Assembly (NCBI GenBank): GCA_002189035.1
Contig: NEEC01000013.1
Location: 3,154,252 to 3,218,251 of the forward strand
DNA: 64,000 nt
Reading direction: 5' to 3'
DNA from: Utricularia gibba
Lineage: Eukaryota; Plantae; Magnoliophyta
The notes below the pieces were generated by a model. The model was not told where the DNA came from, searched no databases, and saw nothing but the letters and a program-made list of their open reading frames with translations. Positions 34,758 through 46,233 of the stretch are shown piece by piece. Position numbers and translations under genes: made by a program. The number at the start of each line of letters is the position of its first letter. The stretch's first letter is position 1.

Positions 34758-37592
34758 TCTTCCTGGGTATTCCAACAAAGATTACATGAAATCGGTGGAA
34801 CCCAGATGTGAGATCACGTGTTAATCGTAAATCGTGGGCAGTCAACGAAAACCCACGAGACCAGAAAGTAGGGGTTTTTGAGGAGCAAGGGAAGGCAAGG
34901 CAAAGGGAGGAGGTGCTGCGTCGATGCGCGCAGACGGGTGGGGTAGAAGGCGTAGGAGGAGGTGTTGGGCTGAGCTGGGGTGAGAGTTTGAGAGAGATGG
35001 GGAGGGGAGGGAAGCGATTTGATGGAGGAGGGTTTTGTTAATATTCAGTGGCCTGCCTCGGCCTCGGCAGTCGGCACTCACTAGCAAACGTATGGATTTT
35101 CCGAAGAAGGGTAGGGAGTGGGACTGGGACTGGGACTGGACTGGGGGCGAGGGTAGGCCATTAAAAATTAAGGTGACAAGAAAATAAAAACACTGAATCG
35201 GATTCAATTGGTCCCGATGCAATTAAAAATCAACAACTTTGGATGATGCCGGGACTCCAGATCCGTCTCTAAAATAGGATAACACCCAGCTTAATGAGGG
35301 AAGAAAGCAAAGTAAAAACTAAACTATAATCTGTGTGGCATGATCAAGGGATCCTCAAACTATTCACTGCTCCGCTTACAGTTGCGTAGTTTGGAAAGTA
35401 GACCAGAATAGAAGTTGCATTATCATTACCATTAGAGAAAGAGGAAAGGAAAGACTGAGGGACCCGACCCCATTGGCATTGGTATTCTAGTTACCCTTTC
35501 GGCTCGGTTGTTTGTGTATGGGAAATTTGCTCAATAAAATTCCCCTGCTTACTTGTTGATGGCAATTGGCACCAACCACCACCTTTTCTCCACTACGCCT
35601 CTCTGCGCCATTAAAACACACCAAAAACAAAAACAGAGGCCCAACCCAAATCCCAAATCCCAAATCCCTCCCTCCGGAGGTGTCTCAAATCTCCTATTAA
35701 AAAGATGCCGATTTCAAGTGGTCCCCACGAGACTTTATTGTTTATTTACCTGTTTCGGGAACTCGCACACGTTACTTCCTCTTCCTTGACGTCAAAACCA
35801 ACCACACGGCACACACAGATGGATCGAGTTTCATTCAACACATGGGGATCGGATGGGGCTGCCTGCCTCCTTTCCAGCATTTTACAAATCAGAAGCAACC
35901 CAAGCATTGCTGTTTGTTGGTCTACTACTAAATTCTTCAAAACATTCAAGAATTACACGGACACCATATAAAAGGTTTATTTTATCCCAGGTTTTGGTTC
36001 AACTCATGCATACCCAGTGCTTGAGGGAGGAGGATAACGATGCATAATTAGGCGTGGAGTGGAGCACATGGAATGCTGTCGGCAGGGGACGACGCCTTTC
36101 GCACCACAACCTCCAACACACTACTCGGTGATCTTCGTAAAGAAGGTCCAGTTATCGGTATTGTCATTTTTTGTGTGGTGTTCATAACAAGGGGACCTCA
36201 CTACTTTCTTTACCTATTCCAAGCTGATAGTTTTCACTTACACCACAACGCACACATGGGATGGGATGGGCAACGCCTGCTTGTCCACCCACACCACCAA
36301 GTGGTAAAATTGACCCTGCCTGCCCTGGGGGTAATCATCAATCTTCCAAGGAGTAATATCTAATATACTTGGGGCACCGGTTCCATAAAAATTTTCTCTT
36401 CTTCTGAGCCCTGGCCCTGCACAACAATTTCAATACTGCCTTGGGGGAGTGAGGGAGGGAGGGATATTTCATGATCATTCTAGTCATGGAAGAATTGAAA
36501 GAAACCCGTCCAATACAACAATAAATCCTGGCTGCACTACTCTATAGTCTAGTCTACCCCATCCCATTGTCAACTGCTACACCCTATCTACTCCGCCCGC
36601 TGCGCCATCCAGGGCGAACACGTGCCCCGGTATCCTACGGCCCATGTGACCCGCCCAGCCTGAAGCTGCATGCTGCTGTTGCTGTGAGTTGTTCAAGAAA
36701 GGCGAGGTGGGGGTACTTACTAGTACTAATTCGGCCCCTACGCTTGTGCATTTATTAAAAATCTCGCCGTCACTCGTCCCTGCAGTACTCAAGGAAGGAA
36801 AGAAACCCACGGTATTACCTCTCATCTTACACTACTTTACATTCATATGAAATAGAATCACCTACTAGAGCCCAAGGTAAAAGGATCCCCCTGCCCAGAT
36901 GAATCTTGCAAGTTGAGATCCCAAAAGACAAAAGAAAAAAAAATACTTTATCCAAAAGCCAAGATAACTGCATCTAAGAAGACATGGATGCTAGAGTTGC
37001 ATGAGATGTTCTCGTAATTGCCAAAAGAAATCATCAACTCCTTGACGCTTGGAGGCAGTTGAGGAGGGCAATGCGATGGGAGACACTATGAAGACTTGGA
37101 CACAGTCGAGGAGGGCAAAAGCCCGAGGCCAGGCCCCATGTCCTACTTACAGTATAGTGCCTCCTTCCACGCAACTGGAAACAGTGTTCAATTGACTGTC
37201 AGCTGTTGATCGCAGAGACAGTTGTGTTTCACAAAAGATTCACATTTCGGTTACCAGCTGGTATCATGCCAACACAATGCTGACAGCTAAATGATAAATA
37301 GATATTTTATAAATCAACATAAGCTTAAGACCAGAAAGTGTTCCATGTGCAGGTCCTCTGCTAACCTTGAGAATAATCAACCCACTCCCAACGGAATGAA
37401 CCAAAAACAAGAAAAATAATAAGACCCACATAACTGTATAGATATGTCCATGGCTGAAGAACAGTCCGCCCCCACACGGGGACAGAAGGAATGGAAAGCC
37501 ACCTACCTACATTCCTTCCATAATAGCGCCCACATTTATAATAAGATGAGCAGGAGTTAGACGGAAAAGAGAAAAAGGTCGTCCTTGAATTC

Positions 37593-39378
37593 CTATTTCG
37601 GATATGTACCATGGGAACTGAAAAAGTTGTAATCTGGGTGATTAACTTGCAACAGCTGAAGCCAGTTGCCAGCAGCTTGCGACAGAGAGTTCATCTTCTG
37701 GACTTCATGAATTCCATTTACACTCCAATCTGATGCTTTGAACTTGTGTGAAGCAAGGCCAAAGGTAGGTAGTGAGAGCTGGCTTCCTGGATCATGTATC
37801 CCTTCAGACTCTATATGCATATGAATCTGTTAGCCCAATGAAGTTTTAAAATAAGAAAGCAGACAAGAATGTTGCCACTTACTTTCAACGGGATTTGCAA
37901 GGAAATGGAATGTAAGGAAACAAGTATCCACATTTTGCAGAGTTGGCCCGACAGGTATCCTATATATGGGGTACCTTCAAATGGACGGATTCTCTCCTTC
38001 AGTCACGGGATGATACAGATTTAACTACACAAATCTTTGGTTCACGTTAAAACATACCAAGCAATACAAATCCAGCTTGCAGGATTCAGATCACAGCTCC
38101 TGTATGATTTTAGGTCAGGGAACTTGGAGGCAAGAACAGTTATCTGAAGTCACAGTAAACAAAAAGGTCAGCATTTACAATGAAAATTTGAAATCAACAT
38201 GCAATCTTAGCATTTGCCTTGTCAGCTAATGGTTCACGATGAAATGGAAGCTCCCTTTCGAAGTACTCAAAAATAAGCAGACCACAGGAGGTGCTACTAT
38301 CATTTCCGTCTGCTGAAGATCCAGGATGAGTATGATTCCTTCTAGAATGCCTGGTAAAAACCTGGCCAGATATACTCTGTGGATCCCAATATCCTTGACT
38401 GTTGTCTACAGATCTATTGGTAGAACATTCCTGGTCACCATCACTGGTGGATGAATTGCTATCACTCTCTTCTCCAGGTTTCCTGTCACGAGGTTGCCAA
38501 GTAAGCATCTGGGAGATTCCATATAACAATGAACAATGAATAGCATCACTACAGGAAGCAAACATCACGTTATTATAAGTATAAGATGGTATTCTGATAG
38601 TGAACTACTTCAATATCCAGTGTTCAAAGTATCATCAATGACATGTAGCTCACCTTTGCTGGACAACATTTTTTGATGGATCTACATAAAGCTGAATACC
38701 AGATAGAGAAGGCACATAATATTGGACTACAGAATCTGTTCCATTCAAAATCAAAGGAACTCCAGCTCCATAAACACTCCATTCTCTGAAGGACTCCCAA
38801 AGATCGCTGAGATTGAAGAAGGGATGGAAGACATGCTTGCGATTTCTCCACGCCTGCACACTTGACTGCAGGAGAGTGAAACATCAGGCAAACTTGGTTA
38901 ACATTGCAAGAAAAATATACACAGCTGGAAAAAAGATTGTGTGGGTAATGTGCCACCAGTGTTTACAACATACGCTGTTCCCTGACTAGTTGCAGAAAAA
39001 AGCATTCCTTTGCCTAAGTAAAGTTCAACTGCGAACCGTTTGTGAAGAAAAGAAGTAGATGGCACCAAATCTATAAAGCCTGGATGCAACCAGGATGGGG
39101 TAGCCAAAATCTAAAAGGGAAAACAATAAACTGGTTTCACATTTTCTTCAAATATTGCAGAAAGAAAGTAGATTTACCCTTGGAAAGTGCTGCGCGGGCA
39201 CAACTGGGGTGGTGTACTCCAAGAAACGATTCAAATTCGAACCCGACTTCAATTGTCTCCTCCTTTCAGGCGATGAGGAATAAGAAGATTGCGTCTTCAA
39301 CTGCCGGTGCTGATTTTGCTTCCTCAAAGCAGGAGGGCGGTAGAGCCTCTCCTCCCCAGACCTCCTTCTCGAGGACAT
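37593..39378 (-). CDS. DUF789 plant family protein
   Basis: [68 protein letters not shown]. Confidence 0.88.
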
Positions 39379-41091
39379 GCTTGACAGGTGAAGATAATGG
39401 CGATAGAAGTATTCCCAAGAAAAATTGTCAGAACGCCAGTTTTGGCTCGTGATTTGATCCTCTCTACTGCGCACTATCAACTATAAATTCCTCCGAGAAA
39501 CGCAAGGTTTTAGAGAGGTTTTAAGGGCGATAAGGAATCTAGGGATCGCAGATTGGGGAAACTGAAGATTGGGAATGGATCGTTGATTTGAATTTGAAGC
39601 CGCAGCCTGACGCAAAGCAGAAAACCGGACGTAATTGTGCGTGTGCTGCAGAGTATTCCGAGTCAGTTTACCAAACGATCCGAATCTATAATTTAACACA
39701 CAAGGCCCTCCCTAAAATAATTGGCTCATGAGCCCAGTTATGGCCTAGTCCGATTGGAAGGGGAAGCCCAATAACTGAGCCTTCACCCTAAAAGCACGCA
39801 AAATCAACCGAAGTACATCAATGGCGGCGGAGCACCAATTCACCAGACAGAGAGTCCATGAGCAAGCATCAGGGCAAGTGCAAGAAGAATACAGAAGGAC
39901 TTACGGATGGACATTAAGAAGCGGGATGAGATGTTCGACGCTAAGAGGCTAGGTCGTTTACGATCGAAGGTTCCATCTTTCGTTCGTTGCTCCTTGTAGT
40001 TTTTCATGGACCAAAGAAGCCCACCCTTTTTAAGCTAACATAGCTCCTCACTATAATTGCTTTCCTGGGAGTTCATTCACCACATCTGCCCCTAGCCCTC
40101 ACTGAATTTCTGCCAATGCTGTGATATTATTATTCACGAGCTAGCGGAAGCTGGGAAAAAGAAGAGAAAGAAGCATTACTCGCAGGAAGAGGATATCTCT
40201 TTACATGCCTATATTAGCTACAAGTTAGCTTTTCAAAGTTCAATCCGTTATTTTACTGCTGAGGTTTCTGCAAGTCGCTTGGTCATTAATTGGAGCACTA
40301 CATCAGACCTTCAGTACTGGACTCTTGTACGTGTATGTGTCAGGTTGCCTAAAGTGGTGTAGAAACTTGGCTTTGCTATGGCAGAAATTGCGTGGATTGT
40401 ATGAAGCTATAGCATCCACGGCTGCTCTTCTAATGTTGGATGGGAAGCTTAAGAGCATATTCCGGAAGTCCCCCCAAGAAGAGCCATCCCTAAACCTGTC
40501 CTCGAATGCCCTTCACTCTACTTTGATTTCATGGGATGAAGCTGTCAGAGGAAAATGCGATTTCTGGTGGTTTCTAGCCGGCTGTCTGTGGAAACCCTTT
40601 TTTTTGTTGCTTTATGTACAATGGAGTCCTCAAATCCTACGGTAAAGAAGTTGGCCAAGGGCGAGTTGCAGCCATTGGTAGATGGAGGTTATTTGTTTCA
40701 CTCTGCCCCTGTCAAGGGGTACGTTAAAGACGGATGATTGATTATCGCGTGACGCCCTTGGAGTGGTAAATGACGAGAAACATGTCATTCCGTCGCGCAG
40801 ACGGACCTTGTTTCCATTGAAGGTGGTTGTGAGAAGAATGATAGTCTGGTGATATCTCCATTTTTCAGTGGATAATAGCTGAGAGATGCTGGTCGCATAT
40901 CTGTGCCTAAATTCCTTTTTGATTGAGCCGTTTGCATTTCTGCTGGACACACAAAGAAACAAGGCAAGGCAATGAACCATCACAATTCACACAGAAACAT
41001 AGCAAGTTTTTTCGGAAATATCAAATGAAATGGAAACATAGTGAATGTAAGCTGTGCAGGATGTAAACGAAATACAAATGGCGAACATCTC

Positions 41092-42892
41092 CTACTCTGC
41101 CAGCTTCGTCAGGCGATGAATTGTAGTCCTTGCAACACGGTTGCTAGGATCCAGTTTCATGACGGTTCTGAGATCTTCGGCCCCAAGCTTGTATTTCTCC
41201 ATGCTCTCATATAGAAGAGCGCGTTGAACCAGGACATCCACATTTTTGCTATCCTGTTCGAGCACCTGCAGACATGAATGTCATGAGATATAACAATATT
41301 CCTACTGTTGCAGAATTTGGGGATAAGTGCTTATATCAGTAAGCACAAAGCAAACAAGAAAAAACTTTCTCCAAACAGTGGCAACAGCTATCATCATAGC
41401 TAATTTTTCTGCATAACCAAAAGTTCTAAAAAAATCCAACTCAGTATTGGATTTTAAAGAAAATCAAGATGTGAGCCTAATTTATTGTCCATGTTTCCAA
41501 TGTGCCAAAAGGAGACCTTGAAGTTCCCAAAAATCAACCGTAGCCAGCTGAAATTGTACTTCAAAACCATGGTTGCAGAGCATGCAGTAATAAACACAAA
41601 TCAATTGTGCAAATTCGATGGTAGTTATACAACCTTACTACAGTCAGCCACGGCCTTCTTATATTCCCCAACTTCCTTGTAACACGAAGCCCTGCTAGTC
41701 AAAACCTCACACAACCCATTCACATCACCGGCCTTCTCAAGAAGAATAAAAGCCCAAGTTAACCATTTGATAGCGTCGGCAAACTGTCCCCTCTTGTAAT
41801 TATCCATACCATTGATTTTTGCAGAAGCGGCAGAAACCCCACAGGAAGGGAAGAAAGTCCTTCAGTGTCAGTTGCTGCATTTGTATCATTCCCTCCAGTA
41901 AGGTCTGGCTTTATTCCCCAATGATCTGAAAGCGGCTGGCAGGTAAATTCTTCCATTCCTGTTGCTCCACTTTTGGGAGCCGAAGAAAATAATAAATCAA
42001 AATCATTGTGCACTGAATTTTGTTGTGATGACTGAATTCGACTGCCAGTAGCAGAAAGCCCAAAACCACCCAAAGGATCATCGAAGCTAGCAGGGCTAAC
42101 ACCTACTGAAATTGATGAAACGCTGGTTTTCAAGGGGGGATACTGAGATTCAACATCCTTGCGTTCACTATCTTTGCGCGAATCGCTCATACGACAAGGC
42201 GGCTTAGGCGCAAACTGAACAAACGATGCAAAAGGATCCTGAGCCTTTCTTACTCCATTTCCTGTCGTACTCATTGATGACCCTCCAAGAGTTTGATGGC
42301 TATTACTCTTTGCATCCAAACTCACATTGGCACCGCCAAGACTGGAACTTGCCCCGTTAACAGAAGCAGGATTAGCACTTGCATTGCCAAAACCGGAAGT
42401 TGAGCTGAGAGTTGCGCTGCTTTTAACTGAAGAGCTGGTTCTAGGCAATGGAGCTTCCATAGTTCCCTCGGAGAACGAGTTCTTCCAGGAAGCAGTTGCC
42501 ACGTTTTTCAGTGGTACGGCATTGCTGCTCTTGTTCAGGCCAGTTGCTGAGCTTAGCAGATCACCAAACAGATTTGAGTTCTTAGTATCCACAAGTCCCA
42601 CAGCACTCGAAACGGAAGAAGAATTCCAGGTCTTCCCAAATATATCGCCTACCATCGATGGCGGACCTGAAAGAGATCCCCTAACGCCTGACTGAACCGA
42701 TGTGGCGGGCTGATTGGTCCACGCTGGCTTGATAGGGCGTTGGTGCCAGGTGGGCGCCGACGTATTGTAGTTATTCGTGGTCGTCTGATTCTTCAGATCC
42801 TTCATAGGCTGCGTTCGGCCAGAACCTAGGCCGAGATCGAAATCAAATGCATTGCTTGTACCCGTTTTCCCGTTCCCATAGCTGGAATTCAT
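41092..42892 (-). CDS. TPR-repeat protein with long Ser/Gly-rich N-terminus; apparent 1-nt frameshift at 41837-41840
   Basis: FDFDLGLG N-terminal motif; after restoring one G: GVSAASAKINGMDNYKRGQFADAIKWL..RASCYKEVGEYKKAVADCSKV; last exon LVQRALLYESMEKYKLGAEDLR..HRLTKLAE*. Confidence 0.85.
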
Positions 42893-43624
42893 GATGGGTA
42901 TGCCTTCTTTGCAACCAGGTTATACGAATGAAGATCTCAAAAAGAAACTGGGTTCTTGAAGATGAGGCTAATCACGGCGTAGCAAAATACCCATCGAATA
43001 AAAATTAGGGATTAGAATCAAGGGCAGTAGATCTGAAACGACTCGAAGAAAAGAATCAAGGTAATAGCAGGAAGAGAGGAGAGGCAACATACCTTGTCAG
43101 CGAGGAAGGGGAATCCGTGGAGTGTTGTTTTTGTGGATCTGGAGCTTCTTTTTTTTCCGGATGGAAGGCTTTAAGAGGATCACAACCCCTTGGATTTGTC
43201 ACGTGTGACGAAATTCACTCCCTCGCAACAAATGTTGTAATTGCCAATGCCATTAAAGAGTGAAAAACATACCAATTCTTTGTTCCATACCCGGCTCCCG
43301 ATTAACTTGATTTTAGTTTTTAGACTGATTGATAATTTATTTAAGCTCATGTTTTTTCTTCTTGCAAGAAATGGATACAATGACGTTTATTTTATGTCGA
43401 TGTAAGAACAAATAATATACATATATATACTTTAAGGCCTTTCATTTTGGTTGCTCTATTTTGACGCCGAGCCTATGATTTTTTTCTTGCATTTATCCAT
43501 CCACAATATTAGCAACGGAATTAACGGCACAAGTTAGAAAAATCGCAAGTTCAAATCCGCAAGTACACAATAATTATCAGTGCAAGAAAATAAAAAGAAA
43601 GCAAAGAGAGGAGGAGGAGGAGAA

Positions 43625-45319
43625 ATGTCCGCAAAGAAGGTGGCGATTGCAGGGGTAGCTCCGTGCTACTTGTGGGAATGGTACGGGCACGAGTGCCAAG
43701 GCCGTGCAGACCATCTGCTCTCCATAGATTACGAGGAAACTTGCGAAAATACCTTGTCCAAGCCCAACACTACAAATCCTAAGGACCTTATTCAGATCGC
43801 ACTTGAAGCCACCATTCAGAACGTCGGCGATGTCCTGAACAACTCCACTCTACTGAAACAAGCCGCGGCGGATTCAAGCACCAAGGACGCGCTGGATGTG
43901 TGCAACTAGGTGCTAGAAACCACGGTGGATGATCTTAGGAAATCTTTTGAAAAAGTGGAAGAATTCAGTGCGGGGGACATGGCTGGATATGTTGAAGATC
44001 TGAAAACATGACTCAGTGCTGTCATAACCAACGAGGAGACCTGCATTGATGCGTTTGAGAATACAACGGGCGATACGGGAGAAAAGATGAAAAATCTGCT
44101 AAAATTGACATGGGAATGATCAAGCAATGGTCTAGCCATGGTGTCTGATATTTCTTCCATTTTTGGACAGCTACAAATTGTGGATATTGATGCTACTGGG
44201 GAAGCCAGTAGCAGAAGAAGACTTCTGGCAGAGAGGGAGGGAGAGGGGAGGGGGTGATGATGAGATGAGGAGGCTTCTTGCCGCTGCAGGGATGAAACCA
44301 AATGCACTGGTGGCACTTGATGGACGCGGTCAGTTCAAAAAAATCAACGACGCCATCGCTACTGTTCCATTGAAGAATAACAAGCCATTTGTGATTCGTG
44401 TGAAGGCGGGCGTTTATAAGGAAACCGTTGTTGTCCCCAAAAAGAAGAACTTCATTATATTGGTGAGAGATGGACCATTGAAGACAGGAGTCACCGGCAG
44501 CAAAAACTATGCTGCCGGCGTTAAGACCTTCAAACAGCCGCAGTGGGTGAGTGATCCCATCACCTGATTCGTTCATCACCAATAAAGAATCGTTTGTTTA
44601 ATTTTTTTTTTTTTCTTTCAGCGGTAGACGCGGGAGATTTCTTCGCAAAGGACATCGCCTTCGAAAACAGGGCTGGTCCCGAGGGGCACCAAGCCGTGGC
44701 CCTCCGTGCGTCGGGCGACAACGCTGTGTTCTTCAACTTTCACATGGATGGGTACCAGGATACCCTGTATGCTCACACCAATCGGCAATTGTACCGTGAC
44801 TGTCAGATCTCCTGCACCATCGATTTCGTCTTTGGAGATGCCCTCTCTATTTTCCAGAATTGCAAATTCATCATTCGTAAGCCGATGGCCAACCAAGCTT
44901 GCATGGTCACCGCACAAGGCCGCGTGGAAGAACGCAGCATCGGGGCTATCGTCATTCAACACGGGGACATCACGTCCGAACCCGCGTTGCTCGCTGCCAA
45001 TCCGCGTCATAAGGCCTACCTGGGCCGGCCATGGAAGTTGTTCTCCAGGACAATCATAATGAACACTAACACTGGGGGCTCCATCTCACCCGATGGCTGT
45101 TCTCCATGGGCAGGAAACTTCGCATTGGATACATTGTGCTATGGTCAGTACCAAAACAAGGGTCCGGGCTCCTCCACTGCCAGTCGCGTCAAATGGAAGG
45201 AAATCAAGCGCATCACTCCACAGATTGCTGAGAGATGTACACCCAGCAAAGCCTTCGTAACGGATGCATGGATCAAGAATAAGGGAATTCCCTATGTTCC
45301 TGGGATGATGAATACTTAG
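43625..45319 (+). pseudogene. Group 2 pectin methylesterase (PMEI pro-domain plus PME), pseudogene
   Basis: In-frame nonsense codons at conserved sites (TAG 43907, TGA 44009 for DLKTWLSA, TGA 44117 for ELSSNGLAM), frameshifts in the TM/pro-region and near 44532, and substitutions in conserved motifs (NFHMDGYQDTLY, ISCTIDFVFG, DGCSPW). Confidence 0.9.
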
Positions 45320-45474
45320 CTCACCCCCTAACATCTTGTATTGTTGGTGGTGAAACCCAGCAAGAGCTAGTATTTTGTTATTAGTATTTAATTTATCCTG
45401 TAGTTGTGCAAATACACCACGACAGTCCCATTCAAGAAAATTCAGACCAAACATGCATTAAAGGTACTTCCAAT

Positions 45475-45664
45475 CCAATTATACGCCAAGGATCCAATCA
45501 TCCCCGCTCGCCCATGCTGTCCCGCTCCCAATACATGAAATACAGTGAGAGAACGAGAGAGAGAGAAAACGCAGGGAGGGAAAAATCGAATTACCAACAG
45601 CTCCAAGCTTGTTCTCCACAACCCATTGCATCATAGATTCAAGCTTGCCCTTGCCTTCACCCAT
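45475..45664 (-). pseudogene. Truncated HIG1-domain (hypoxia-induced, HIGD/Rcf-like) gene fragment
   Basis: Exon 1 MGEGKGKLESMMQWVVENKLGAV|G with GT donor at 45594, then (G)TAWASG(M)IGSLAYNW, matching the recalled plant family consensus WxxEHKLRxVGCLWLSGIxGSIAYNW. The acceptor is non-canonical, there is an extra G, and no IHARLHAQ C-terminal half was found. Confidence 0.65.
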
Positions 45665-46233
45665 TATAATATACCCTTCTCCAAGTCCCGTGTCGATCCC
45701 TTGTACGCTGGTTTTGGCTTTGGCTTCGACGAGCTTATGCGTCGCAGGAGCGCGTCGAACGAGCACGAATTTTCTCGAAAAAAGAGAAGAATACGACCAC
45801 GACCTAGCAACCAGATGATCTATGGGTCACATAATTGCAAGGGCTACTTGGGCCGTAGCAAACCCATACTGATCAACCCAAGCTAAAGTCCTAACATCTC
45901 AATTACCAGAGGCCCATCACCAATTCGCTAGTCCATTCACAGGTCCATCAAACCCACCCCATACGTTTTCTAGGTCAAATGGGGAATATCGAAGAATGCC
46001 TGATTGTTAAGGCCGAACGGAGTACACAACGGAAAGCGAATCGTCGGCCCAGGAGGATGTAGGGCTCGAGTTTCCCTCCATATTCACAAGGGACGCGGTA
46101 AACCTACCCCCATTCAATTTCTGCGTGGCCTGCTGTCACACACGACTCGAGAGTCTCTCTACCATCATCAAGTTTATTCATCCTCTCGGTACCGTTTTTC
46201 CGTCGGCCATTGCTTCTTCTTTCCAACCCGCAG

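Noticed and set aside
36686-36702. gttcaagaaag resembling part of miR396*
   Set aside because: Only about 11 nt match and no complementary arm or hairpin nearby.
40440-40600. Telomerase-RNA-like hints: CCCTAAACC (40488-40496), later TAGCCGGC and a poly-T run
   Set aside because: No USE (RTCCCACATCG) or TATA box at the expected upstream spacing, and the T-run is only about 100 nt after the putative template, too short for a land-plant telomerase RNA.
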